A stretch of DNA of 16,013 nt, filler included, from an uncultured virus (IMG/VR IMGVR_UViG_2061766007_003579) (2 parts of one record of this genome joined end to end with filler, not necessarily neighbours in it); one strand, 5' to 3'; shown: positions 1-9,305, numbered from the whole stretch's first letter. Notes: generated by a model from the sequence alone, not told the origin. Numbers and translations: made by a program.

Positions 1-2
1 AT

Positions 3-304
3 GGAAACGGAGTCTTCATTGCAGTAGCCCGGGGTTCATCTAACAATCAGCAGAAGATTCTTAGAAGCTCAAACGGTTCAGATTGGACTCATGTGGCTAC
101 AGTCACCACATATGGCAGTAGACTCGCTTATGGAAATGGCACCTGGAGACTTTCATATCAAGGTCAGGTTGCAGAGAACTACTTTGATTCAACAAACAAT
201 GGTTCTTCTTGGACGGATATGGGAAAAACCACTTATGCTGGTTGGTGTTATGGAAATGGTGTTTGGGCCAATGGGCAGGGAAACATCATATTTGACGGGA
301 CACA
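3..304 (+). CDS. Partial beta-propeller (YGNG / Asp-box-like repeats), probably part of a large fibre or receptor-binding protein
   Basis: Frame is open from base 3 to the gap: GNGVFIAV...RSSNGSDW...AYGNGTW...STNNGSSW...CYGNGVW. It shows repeated YGNG and S-x-N-G-x-x-W motifs. Confidence 0.6.
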
Positions 305-314
305 NNNNNNNNNN

Positions 315-529
315 CGGCACCTGGAGACTTTCATATCAAGGTCAGACAGCAGAGAACTACTTTGATTCAACAAACAATGGTTCATCTTGGACGGATATGG
401 GGAAAACCACTTATGCTGGTTGGTGTTATGGTAATGGTGTTTGGGCCAATGGGCAGGGAAACATCATNNNNNNNNNNTGGCACTTGGAGACTCTCATATC
501 AAGGTCAGACAGCAGAGAACTACTTTGAT
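315..529 (+). repeat. Two further variant copies (315-467, 478-529) of the propeller fragment, separated by 10-N gaps
   Basis: Near-identical to about 137-290 with SNPs (caggttgcagag vs cagacagcagag; ctt vs ctc). Confidence 0.9.
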
Positions 530-540
530 NNNNNNNNNNG

Positions 541-959
541 TCCTTGGTATATCAGGATTCGAACACCTCCTCGCGTCAGGGAATGAGCAAGACCGTTTAC
601 TGTAATGGCTATTACTTCAGAAGCCAATCCGGTATGGAGAGTTCAGGAAGCAATCATTCATTCACCTGCTTGTACAGTGCGGATCTGGTCAACTGGTCCA
701 CCGCATTTTCATTGACGGCTTCTCAGACAAGTTCAACGACACTTGCAAGCGCAAGAGGAATGATCGGTGTCCAGGACGTAGGTGTCTTCATTGTGGGAGG
801 AAACATCTGCAAGAAATGTGGAACAAGCGCATATTCGGATTCCGACTGGACAATAGCGACAGTAGGCAGTTTGCAGATAACCTATGACTACACCGTTTAT
901 CCAGTCGGTGCAAACCTTCTGGATGGCAGCAAGGCGGTCATAGCAACGATTTTATCCAG
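541..959 (+). CDS. Partial fibre or receptor-binding protein segment (shaft A, upstream part)
   Basis: Open Ser/Thr/Gly-rich frame with an Asp-box-like YSADLVNW motif. Its last ~160 nt are repeated with SNPs from 970 onward. Confidence 0.55.
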
Positions 960-969
960 NNNNNNNNNN

Positions 970-1826
970 GGAAACATCTGCAAGAAATGTGCAACAAGCT
1001 CGTATTCGGATTCCGACTGGACAATAGCGACGGTAGGCAGTTTGCAGATAACCTATGACTACACCGTCTATCCAGTCGGCGCAAACCTTCTGGATGGCAG
1101 CAAGGCGGTCATAGCAACGATTATATCCAGCCACAGTGCGTGGAGGACCTCAAAGACTGTCCTCAGCTCGATAAGCCTCAACCCGACAGCCTACTACCGG
1201 TTCAGGGAGTTCAGGCAGAACAATGCGGTCATCTCCTCCTTTGATGCAAGGAAATACACTTCCGGGACCTCGTTCAGGATTCTGTTCACGAAATACGACG
1301 GAACGGGGCTGGACATCTCCAGTCCGTCTTCCGGGTCATATAGCTACAACGCGAAATGGAACGGGACGCTTTTCATCGTGTTTCTTAACGGAAGTGCAGT
1401 CGGATCGTTCTCAACTGCTGATTATCTTACAGCGACACACACCATATCCTTCACTCCGGTGGGTCAGCTGGATGCGATTCTGGTCAAGGATGTCCTGCCC
1501 AAATCGGACAGCCAGTACTCTTTGGGTGAGCAGGGAAACGAGTTCGCCTCGGCCTACATCGACAACATCTACGGCAATGTGAACGGCAATGTCACAGGCA
1601 ATTCCGGTTCAACCGATCTCGTGAGGTCTTTGGATTCGAGAAGCACCAACCCGGAACCGGGAGCAGTACCCACAGGCTTGGCGCTGGCATTCAAGTCAAA
1701 TTCCGCCATCGGAATCTCAGGGCATGGCACATACTGCGGTCTTCTCACTTTCCGTCCGTATGGGTCGGCAACCGATTTCTCCGGAGGTCCTGTGCACAGG
1801 ATCGCGTTCTGTCAGGACGGGGCGGT
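970..1826 (+). CDS. Partial phage tail-fibre-like protein: shaft A + GN repeat + knob-like tip K1
   Basis: Gap-free frame containing DVLPKSDSQYSLG..F.SAYI, GNVNGNVTGNSGS and DSRSTNP...FKSNSAIGISG..YCGLLTFRPYG..DFSGGPVHRIAF. These motifs are typical of phage tail-fibre shafts and knobs. Confidence 0.7.
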
Positions 1827-1898
1827 NNNNNNNNNNACTGGATGCGATTCTGGTCAAGGATGTCCTGCCCAAGTCGGACAGCCAGTANNNNNNNNNNC

Positions 1899-2111
1899 TT
1901 GACGCTGGCATTCAAGTCGAATTCCGCCATCGGAATCTCAGGGCATGGCACATACTGCGGCCTTCTCACTTTCCGTCCGTACGGGTCAGCCACCGACTTC
2001 TCCGGAGGTCCTGTGCACAGGATTGCGTTCTGTCAGGACGGGGCGGTTATGCATCAGACGGGAGACGGCAACGGATGGAGCTCTTGGAGCTATCCGAGCG
2101 CTTGGAACTAG
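1899..2111 (+). CDS. 3' end of tail-fibre-like gene with tip K1 (variant copy)
   Basis: LTLAFKSNSAIG...GDGNGWSSWSYPSAWN, stop TAG 2109-2111. Contiguous with the downstream radical SAM start. Confidence 0.7.
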   Translation: MTLAFKSNSAIGISGHGTYCGLLTFRPYGSATDFSGGPVHRIAFCQDGAVMHQTGDGNGWSSWSYPSAWN

Positions 2112-2119
2112 GAGGAAAC

Positions 2120-2344
2120 ATGATCAGAAACCTTGAGGAGTTTCCGGGACTCAACTGCACGATCAACACCACGGAGCAGTGCAACCTCAGATGCAGGTAC
2201 TGCTATGAGGTGAGCAAGCGGTCGCGGAACATCGACTTCGATCTGTGCAGGAGATTCATCGATATGGTCACCGGGTCGCAGGAGCAGTTCACTCCGATGA
2301 TGAGGAAACTTGCCTCGGAGGGCATGATATTCGACTTCATCGGA
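2120..2344 (+). CDS. Radical SAM maturase, 5' part of a second copy (cut by gap)
   Basis: AGGAGG at 2110-2115, ATG at 2120, CNLRCRYC motif. Four conservative aa differences from 5811-6989 over 75 aa. Confidence 0.9.
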
Positions 2345-3247
2345 NNNNNNNNNNNNNNNNNNNNNNNNNNNNNNNNNNNNNNNNNNNNNNNNNNNNNNNN
2401 NNNNNNNNNNNNNNNNNNNNNNNNNNNNNNNNNNNNNNNNNNNNNNNNNNNNNNNNNNNNNNNNNNNNNNNNNNNNNNNNNNNNNNNNNNNNNNNNNNNN
2501 NNNNNNNNNNNNNNNNNNNNNNNNNNNNNNNNNNNNNNNNNNNNNNNNNNNNNNNNNNNNNNNNNNNNNNNNNNNNNNNNNNNNNNNNNNNNNNNNNNNN
2601 NNNNNNNNNNNNNNNNNNNNNNNNNNNNNNNNNNNNNNNNNNNNNNNNNNNNNNNNNNNNNNNNNNNNNNNNNNNNNNNNNNNNNNNNNNNNNNNNNNNN
2701 NNNNNNNNNNNNNNNNNNNNNNNNNNNNNNNNNNNNNNNNNNNNNNNNNNNNNNNNNNNNNNNNNNNNNNNNNNNNNNNNNNNNNNNNNNNNNNNNNNNN
2801 NNNNNNNNNNNNNNNNNNNNNNNNNNNNNNNNNNNNNNNNNNNNNNNNNNNNNNNNNNNNNNNNNNNNNNNNNNNNNNNNNNNNNNNNNNNNNNNNNNNN
2901 NNNNNNNNNNNNNNNNNNNNNNNNNNNNNNNNNNNNNNNNNNNNNNNNNNNNNNNNNNNNNNNNNNNNNNNNNNNNNNNNNNNNNNNNNNNNNNNNNNNN
3001 NNNNNNNNNNNNNNNNNNNNNNNNNNNNNNNNNNNNNNNNNNNNNNNNNNNNNNNNNNNNNNNNNNNNNNNNNNNNNNNNNNNNNNNNNNNNNNNNNNNN
3101 NNNNNNNNNNNNNNNNNNNNNNNNNNNNNNNNNNNNNNNNNNNNNNNNNNNNNNNNNNNNNNNNNNNNNNNNNNNNNNNNNNNNNNNNNNNNNNNNNNNN
3201 NNNNNNNNNNNNNNNNNNNNNNNNNNNNNNNNNNNNNNNNNNNNNNN
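2345..3247. other. Assembly gap of 903 N
   Basis: Uninterrupted run of N. Confidence 1.
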
Positions 3248-3248
3248 C

Positions 3249-3362
3249 GAGGACGATGCCAAAGTCTTCTTTGATGTCGGCTGTCAGTTTCTGTCCTCCA
3301 TTCTTTTCGCGAAATACATAAGGAGCAGTACATGTCCCTTGAATCAGGAAACAAAGCGGTAG
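3249..3362 (+). CDS. 3' part of the 68-aa accessory protein (variant copy)
   Basis: EDDAKVFFDVGCQFLSSILFAKYIRSSTCPLNQETKR*, homologous to 8077-8283. Confidence 0.7.
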   Translation, partial: EDDAKVFFDVGCQFLSSILFAKYIRSSTCPLNQETKR

Positions 3363-3756
3363 CATCAGAGGTTCAATCAATCATTAACAGCCTCTATGCC
3401 GCTAGGTCTAACAGGGGCATGGCCAACGGCGCTAAGCCCTCAATCAGCGCAGGAGACTCTGTCAAAGCATCCGACATCAATTCTGCGATCACCACTGCAA
3501 AGGGGAGTTTCTCCGGAAGCAACGGCTGGATATATTATTCATCAGACATTCTCGCCTATGTCGTGGCCGGTCAGCTGATGCGTTCCTCAGAGATCAAGGC
3601 CCTGCAGCAGGTCCAGCAGGACACACTCTACCTTGCCAGATGCTCATCCGGTTGCTATGGGAACTGCATCTCGGGATGCTCCAACTCGACATGCACACAA
3701 TCATGCACATCGACATGCCGTAACGGATGCAACAGGAACTGCGGGAGCGCCGGATG
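3332..3756 (+). CDS. CxxxC-repeat Cys-rich protein, partial copy 1
   Basis: AAGGAG upstream of ATG 3332. A Cys-free 103-aa N-terminus is followed by CSSGCYGNCISGC..., cut by a gap. Confidence 0.85.
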
Positions 3757-3766
3757 NNNNNNNNNN

Positions 3767-4152
3767 ACGGATTCCGCAGATACGGTGGCCTCATCTTCAT
3801 GCTATGGGCTTACAGTAAACGGCAATGAGGTTGTCGCTGTAGTGGGGCTTTCCTGTTACAGGATATCATTCCCGAATGCGGTCTTCTCATATGACTACTC
3901 GAAGTTCCAGAACGGGATCAATATCCTGGACAGCAATTACAGGAGCCTAGCAGTCATCTCCAATGACTCATCATGGGTATCTTCCATTTTCACGGCAACG
4001 CTGAATGACACACAGTTCCTGAACCTACCGGCAGACATTCCATCTTCAATGGAGAACACGCTTCTGATGTCCAGGTCATCGATAGGACTCAACCTGTTCT
4101 CGTCCGCTAACACACTGATTGGCCTTTTGTCATATTCGGATGTCACTTACTA
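3767..4152 (+). CDS. Internal fragment of an unknown Ser/Asn-rich protein, possibly the upstream part of fibre B
   Basis: Open 128-codon frame between two gaps, with composition like the adjacent fibre fragments and no diagnostic motif. Confidence 0.4.
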
Positions 4153-4163
4153 NNNNNNNNNNG

Positions 4164-4938
4164 GGAACGTTGTCTCTAGGTTCACTGATCAATTTCAGCT
4201 CCTCGAATATCGGAAACCTCACTCCCGCATATAAGTTCGATGACATATACATCGGCAATACTAGAAGCGGACAGGCTATAAGCTTCGAGGGCAGCGACAT
4301 TGCATCAGCGTCATTGTCTTGGACAAAGGTCGGAAGTAATGCCGGATCCAGTTCAGTAACCTCAGGTATCACCAAGATCATATATGGAGGCACCGGACAG
4401 CCTCTGAGCCTTTATGTGGGAACAACGGCATACACCGTTGGTACGGATGATCTATTCACTGCATTGGGCATCTCTTTCACCCCATCTGCCAATCTGGCGA
4501 AAGGTGTCAGGTTCGATGACATGTATCCGATGAACAATGATGTGTCGATAGGCACTCAGGGGAATCCAGTTAAGTCGATACACGCTGTCAGCGTCAACGC
4601 AAATACCTTCAATGGCAATCTTTCCGGTAATGTCAACGGTAATGTCACTGGTGATGTGAGCGGCAATTCAGGCTCGTCAGACCGGATCAACTCTCCTGAT
4701 ACAAGGAGCTCAAACCCGGCACCAAACACGATTTCAACAGGGTTGTTTTTGGATTTCAAGTCAAATTCGGCCATAGGAATCTCCGGTCACGGAAGTTATT
4801 GCGGACTTCTCACGTTCCGCCCGTACGGTTCACCGACTGATTTCTCCGGAGGGCCGGTTCACAGGATAGCCTTTTGTGAGGACGGTGCGATTCTGCATCA
4901 GACAGGTAATTCAAGCGGATGGGGTTCCTGGAGTTATC
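4164..4938 (+). CDS. Partial tail-fibre-like protein: shaft B + GN repeat + tip K1 variant
   Basis: Gap-free: DDMYPMNNDVSIGTQGN...FNGNLSGNVNGNVTGDVSGNSGS...DFKSNSAIGISGHGSYCGLLTFRPYG...GWGSWSY. Confidence 0.7.
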
Positions 4939-4949
4939 NNNNNNNNNNT

Positions 4950-5798
4950 TACATCGGTAACACAAGAAGCGGACAGGCTATAAGTTTCGAGGGTAGCGAC
5001 ATAGCATCTGCGTCATTGTCTTGGACAAAAGTCGGAAGTAATGCCGGATCCATTTCAGTAACCTCAGGTATTACCAAGATCATATACGGCGGTACAGGAC
5101 AGCCTCTGAGCCTTTATGTGGGTACAACGGCATACACCGTTGGTACGGATGATCTCTTCACTGCATTGAGCATCTCATTCACCCCCTCCGCCAATCTGGC
5201 GAAAGGTGTCAGGTTCGATGACATGTATCCCATGAACAACGATGTGTCGATAGGCACTCAGGGAAATCCCGTCAAGTCGGTACACGCCGTCAGCGTCAAT
5301 GCAAACACCTTCAACGGCAATCTCACAGGAAACGCCGACACCGCAACCAATGCGACAAACGCCAACAGGGACCGTAACGGAATGAGCTTGACTGTCCCGA
5401 GCTATGGAACAACAAGCTCGACGGGTTACATCAAGATCAATATCAATTCCGAGACCAGCTGGATGACAAGGTTCACGGTCAGGCTATATCAGGGATACGT
5501 CGGATATGACATCGCATTCCAGGGATACAACTACGGATCCAACCACTGGTATTCGCCGACGGCTGAGCTGATAGCGGGAACCGGAAATATCACAGTCTAT
5601 TTTGGCTACGATGCGGATTGGAAGCTATGGGTCGCGATTCCGGGTGGCAGCTATACCGGCTTGAAGATTCTGGACGTGGTGAACGGATATACGCAGGTCA
5701 CGGATTTTGCTGACAAGTTTCAGATTTCCGTGGTCTCAAGCCTTTCCGGGACCATCCAGTCAACTCAGACAATTTACCGTACGGCCTGTTGGGCTTAA
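4950..5798 (+). CDS. 3' part of tail-fibre-like protein: shaft B + different C-terminal tip K2
   Basis: The first 375 nt match 4248-4622. Then TGNADTATNATNA and an aromatic beta-rich domain ending TIYRTACWA*, TAA 5796-5798. Confidence 0.7.
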   Translation, partial: YIGNTRSGQAISFEGSDIASASLSWTKVGSNAGSISVTSGITKIIYGGTGQPLSLYVGTTAYTVGTDDLFTALSISFTPSANLAKGVRFDDMYPMNNDVSIGTQGNPVKSVHAVSVNANTFNGNLTGNADTATNATNANRDRNGMSLTVPSYGTTSSTGYIKININSETSWMTRFTVRLYQGYVGYDIAFQGYNYGSNHWYSPTAELIAGTGNITVYFGYDADWKLWVAIPGGSYTGLKILDVVNGYTQVTDFADKFQISVVSSLSGTIQSTQTIYRTACWA

Positions 5799-5810
5799 AG
5801 GAGGAGAAAG

Positions 5811-6989
5811 GTGATAAGAAACCTTGAGGAATTCCCGGGACTCAACTGCACAATCAACACCACTGAGCAGTGCAACCTCAGATGCAAGTATTGCTATGAG
5901 GTCAGCAAGCGGTCTAGGAACATCGACTTTGAGCTGTGCAGGAAATTCATAGACATGGTCACCGGTTCTCAGGAGCAGTTCACACCTATGATGAAGAAAC
6001 TCGCGTCAGAAGGCATGATCTTCGACTTCATAGGCGGTGACAGCTTCATGGACCCTGCCCTGCTTGAACGAATTGCCTTATACATCGCATACCGTCTGAA
6101 TGCGGTGAGACACCCGGCAAGGAACAGATGGCGAATGTCCGTCAGCACAAATGGAACCCTGTTCAAGAACCCGGAAGTAAGACACTTCTGTGAGAAATGG
6201 AGGGACCTTCTTTCTGTGGGAGTCTCAATTGACGGTTGTCCGGAGATTCATGACAAATACCGTGTATTTCCCAATGGTGAGGGTTCTATGGATAAGATCA
6301 GACAGTGGCTTCCGTGGTACCGGGAGATATTCCCAATCCAGAGCAGAAGCACCAAATCCACCTGTTCCAGGGCTTCAATCCCCTATCTTTACGACTCTCT
6401 TGTCTATATGCATGAGGAGCTTGGATTTAATTGGATAAACCAGAACTTCATCATGGAGGACACGGGTTGTACAGAAGAAGACTATAAACTTTTGGACAAG
6501 CAGATGGAGAAATGCGTCCGATACGTGATCGATCACCGAAAAGAGATTTACTGGGGTATGATTGACCGTCAGTACCTCCAGAGGAGAAACCCTGATGACC
6601 CGATACCAGATATCGGACGATGCGGTTCAGGGTGTATGCCTTGTCTTTCATTGGATGGCCTAATCTACCCCTGCTTCCGCTGGCTCCCGATTTCGCAGCC
6701 CGATGGCGCTGATCCAAAGGCGGCCATAAGCGGTGATGTGAACACGGGCATTTGGTTTCCGGGAGCGATGGATCTGATACTGGAGAAATCCAAGCGCTCC
6801 GAATGCACCAAGGATCCGAAATGCCTGAAATGTGAATTCGAGCCATGCTGCCCGTTCTGCATCGGTGGGTGTTATGCGGAGTTCGGAGATTTCATAAGGA
6901 CAACACACATCTGCGAGATTACAAAGCTTCAAGCCAAATGGACTGAGACTTACTGGAGGGAATATGAGAGTCTTGAAAATGTCGGATGA
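5811..6989 (+). CDS. Radical SAM/SPASM peptide maturase resembling the CXXX-repeat target family (392 aa)
   Basis: AGGAGG then GTG start. CxxxCxxC (CNLRCKYC, aa 21-28), FIGGD, STNG and SIDG..EIHDKYR motifs. SPASM-type CX11GX4C and CX2CX5CX2CX3C...C. A CxxxC-repeat protein lies nearby. Confidence 0.92.
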   Translation: MIRNLEEFPGLNCTINTTEQCNLRCKYCYEVSKRSRNIDFELCRKFIDMVTGSQEQFTPMMKKLASEGMIFDFIGGDSFMDPALLERIALYIAYRLNAVRHPARNRWRMSVSTNGTLFKNPEVRHFCEKWRDLLSVGVSIDGCPEIHDKYRVFPNGEGSMDKIRQWLPWYREIFPIQSRSTKSTCSRASIPYLYDSLVYMHEELGFNWINQNFIMEDTGCTEEDYKLLDKQMEKCVRYVIDHRKEIYWGMIDRQYLQRRNPDDPIPDIGRCGSGCMPCLSLDGLIYPCFRWLPISQPDGADPKAAISGDVNTGIWFPGAMDLILEKSKRSECTKDPKCLKCEFEPCCPFCIGGCYAEFGDFIRTTHICEITKLQAKWTETYWREYESLENVG

Positions 6990-7161
6990 TCTGTCGAAAC
7001 GCTATCTGACTGTCAGGGAAAGCTTCGACTCTGCCCGGCAGACACTGATGACGGCATTGCCGGATGTTCCAAATGGAGAACGTCACGACTTCTATGTGAA
7101 TGCATTCAGGAATCTCTGTGACCGGAGCATAGCACTTGCAGCGGTGGAGGAGGAGATATTC
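6964..7161 (+). CDS. Accessory protein 1, partial (start 6964 or 6979)
   Basis: Overlaps the rSAM stop, with GGAGG upstream. The frame is conserved in the second copy at 7402. Confidence 0.7.
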
Positions 7162-7172
7162 NNNNNNNNNNT

Positions 7173-7427
7173 GATGTGAAAACAGGGAAGTGGTTCCCGG
7201 GGGCGATGGACCTGATACTGGAGAAATCCAAACGCTCCGAATGCACCAAAGATCCGAAATGCCTGAGATGCGAATTTGAGCCATGCTGCCCGTTCTGCAT
7301 CGGAGGGTGCTATGCGGAGTTCGGGGATTTCATAAGGACAACACATATCTGTGAGATAACAAAGCTTCAAGCTAAATGGACTGAGACTTACTGGAGGGAA
7401 TATGAGAGTCTTGAAAATGTCGGATGA
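7173..7427 (+). CDS. Radical SAM/SPASM 3' part, variant copy
   Basis: Matches 6735-6989 with mostly synonymous changes (KCLRC vs KCLKC). Confidence 0.9.
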   Translation, partial: DVKTGKWFPGAMDLILEKSKRSECTKDPKCLRCEFEPCCPFCIGGCYAEFGDFIRTTHICEITKLQAKWTETYWREYESLENVG

Positions 7428-7654
7428 TCTGTCGAAACGCTATCTGACTGTCAGGGAAAGTTTCGACTCTGCCCGGCAGACACTGTTGACAGCTCTGCCA
7501 GACGTTCCAAACGGAGAACGTCACAACTTCTATGTGAATGCATTCAAGGATCTCTGTGACCGGTGCATCGCTCTTTCGGCTGTTGAGGAGGAGATCTTCA
7601 ACACACATGGAATCACGGGTTTCGAGAAGATCGAGCTCAACGAAATATACACCT
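7402..7654 (+). CDS. Accessory protein 1, second copy, cut by the 16-N gap
   Basis: MSDDLSKRYLTVRESFDSARQ...FEKIELNEIYT. The next codon starts with T and could be a stop. Confidence 0.7.
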
Positions 7655-7671
7655 NNNNNNNNNNNNNNNNC

Positions 7672-7890
7672 GCGGCCATCGTACGTGCCAATAACGAGTC
7701 ATCCGACGAACAGACCTATGAGATCGACGGAAAGAGGATGACTCTGACCGAGTATCAGAATATGATCACCAAGATGCAGCTGGATGCCCAATATGAGGAG
7801 GCTAAACTGAGACAGCAGGAAACTGAGGTCCAGGCATCAAGGCTGGCTGCACTGGAGAAACAGGCCGAGGAGGAACAGGAGAATGTGTGA
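7672..7890 (+). CDS. C-terminus of an acidic, coiled-coil-like accessory protein 2
   Basis: TYEIDGKRMTLTEYQNMITKMQLDAQYEEAKLRQQE...EEEQENV*. The frame is preserved in four variant copies. Confidence 0.7.
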   Translation, partial: AAIVRANNESSDEQTYEIDGKRMTLTEYQNMITKMQLDAQYEEAKLRQQETEVQASRLAALEKQAEEEQENV

Positions 7891-7907
7891 GAGAACNNNN
7901 NNNNNNG

Positions 7908-8084
7908 ACCTATGAGATCGACGGAAAGAAGATGACTCTGACCGAATACCAGAACATGATCACCAAGATGCAGCTGGATGCCCAGTATGAGGAGGCAAAG
8001 CTTAGGAAGCAGGAATCCGAAGTTCAGGCATCAAGGCTGAACGCACTGGAGAAACAGGCAGAGGAGGAACAGGAGAATGTGTGA
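7908..8084 (+). CDS. Accessory protein 2 C-terminus, variant copy
   Basis: Near-identical to 7714-7890. Confidence 0.7.
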   Translation, partial: TYEIDGKKMTLTEYQNMITKMQLDAQYEEAKLRKQESEVQASRLNALEKQAEEEQENV

Positions 8085-8283
8085 GAGACCCTGTGAGGAG
8101 ATAAGAAACCTCGACGCTATGCACCGCGGTGTGATGTCGGTTCTTTCCGGCAGAACTGAGTTCACGGATGAGGATGACGCAAGGGCTTTCTTTGATGCCG
8201 GCTGTCAGTTTCTGTCATCTATTCTTTTCGCTAAATACAGAAGGAGCAGCACATGTCCCTTGAAGCTGGAAACAAAGCAGTAG
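8077..8283 (+). CDS. 68-aa accessory protein 3
   Basis: AGGAG-type RBS, with the ATG overlapping the upstream stop (ATGTGTGA). Conserved in three complete copies with mainly synonymous differences. Confidence 0.75.
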   Translation: MCERPCEEIRNLDAMHRGVMSVLSGRTEFTDEDDARAFFDAGCQFLSSILFAKYRRSSTCPLKLETKQ

Positions 8284-8317
8284 CATCAGAAGTTCAATCA
8301 ATTGTGAACAGCCTCTA
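8253..8317 (+). CDS. CxxxC-repeat protein, 5' stub (copy 2)
   Basis: MSLEAGNKAVASEVQSIVNSL, with synonymous differences from the 8674 copy. Confidence 0.7.
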
Positions 8318-8328
8318 NNNNNNNNNNA

Positions 8329-8505
8329 ACCTATGAAATCGACGGAAAGAAGATGACTCTGACCGAGTACCAGAACATGATCACCAAGATGCAGTTGGAT
8401 GCCCAGTACGAGGAGGCAAAACTGAGGCAGCAGGAATCCGAAGTCCAGGCATCAAGGCTGACTGCACTGGAGAAGCAGGCAGAGGAGGAGCAGGGAAATG
8501 TGTGA
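8329..8505 (+). CDS. Accessory protein 2 C-terminus, variant copy
   Basis: Same 177-nt segment as 7908-8084 with SNPs, ending EEEQGNV*. Confidence 0.7.
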   Translation, partial: TYEIDGKKMTLTEYQNMITKMQLDAQYEEAKLRQQESEVQASRLTALEKQAEEEQGNV

Positions 8506-8704
8506 GAGAACCTGTGAGGAGATGCGGAACCTCGATGCAATGCACCGCGGTGTGATGTCGGTTCTTTCCGGAAGGACTGAGTTTACAGATGAGGACGATG
8601 CAAGGACTTTCTTTGATGTTGGCTGCCAGTTTCTGTCCTCTATTCTTTTTGCGAAATACAGAAGGAGCAGCACATGTCCCTTGAAGCAGGAAATAAAGCA
8701 GTAG
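8498..8704 (+). CDS. 68-aa accessory protein 3, variant
   Basis: MCERTCEEMRNLDAMHRGVMSVLSGRTEF..., homologous to 8077-8283. Confidence 0.75.
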   Translation: MCERTCEEMRNLDAMHRGVMSVLSGRTEFTDEDDARTFFDVGCQFLSSILFAKYRRSSTCPLKQEIKQ

Positions 8705-9011
8705 CATCAGAAGTTCAATCAATTGTGAACAGCCTCTATACCGCAAGGTCAAACAGAGGTATGGCCAACAGCACAAAGCCCTCAATCAACGCAGGAGCTT
8801 CTATCAAAGCAGCCGACATCAATACTGCGATTATAACCGCAAAAGGAGATTTCTCCGGAAGCAGCGGTTGGATTAATTATTCATCAGATATTCTCTCTTA
8901 TGTTGTGGCCGGTCAGCTGATGAGGTCATCAGAGATCAAGGCACTGCAGCAGGTCCAGCAAGACACTCTCTACCTTGCAAGATGTTCCTCGGGTTGCTAC
9001 GGAAACTGCAT
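8674..9011 (+). CDS. CxxxC-repeat protein, partial copy 3
   Basis: AAGGAG RBS, full N-terminal region, then CSSGCYGNC before the gap. Confidence 0.85.
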
Positions 9012-9022
9012 NNNNNNNNNNA

Positions 9023-9109
9023 AAGCTAAGACAGCAAGAATCCGAGATTCAGGCATCGAGGCTGACTGCGTTGGAGAAACAGGCCGAGGAGGAACAGGAG
9101 AATGTGTGA
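9023..9109 (+). CDS. Accessory protein 2 C-terminus, variant copy
   Basis: KLRQQESEIQASRLTALEKQAEEEQENV*. Confidence 0.65.
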   Translation, partial: KLRQQESEIQASRLTALEKQAEEEQENV

Positions 9110-9305
9110 GAGACCCTGTGATGAGATAAGAAACCTCGACGCAATGCACCAAGGTGTGATGTCAGTTCTTTCCGGCAGGACTGAGTTTACAGATGAGGAC
9201 GATGCAAGGACTTTCTTTGATGTCGGCTGCCAGTTTCTTTCCTCAATTCTTTTCGCGAAATACAAAAGGAGCAGCATATGTCCTTTGAGGTCGGAGCAAC
9301 AATAG
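9102..9305 (+). CDS. 67-aa accessory protein 3, variant
   Basis: Homologous to 8077-8283, with an altered C-terminus where it overlaps the next gene. Confidence 0.75.
   Translation: MCERPCDEIRNLDAMHQGVMSVLSGRTEFTDEDDARTFFDVGCQFLSSILFAKYKRSSICPLRSEQQ

Noticed and set aside
1724..3380. Long ORFs of 347-516 aa spanning the big gap
   Set aside because: They are mostly translated N and are artefacts of the 903-N run.
3332..4234. Apparent 300-aa fusion of the Cys-rich protein to a fibre-like domain
   Set aside because: The join is a 10-N gap (3757-3766). The complete copy at 9278 ends after the Cys repeats.
4119..5798. 559-aa ORF with an internal duplication
   Set aside because: The duplication starts at the 10-N gap (4939-4948). 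These are two separate variant fragments that happen to be in frame.
1..5798. Diversity-generating retroelement explaining the near-identical fibre repeats
   Set aside because: No reverse transcriptase is in view, and the differences are mostly synonymous third-position changes rather than adenine-specific.
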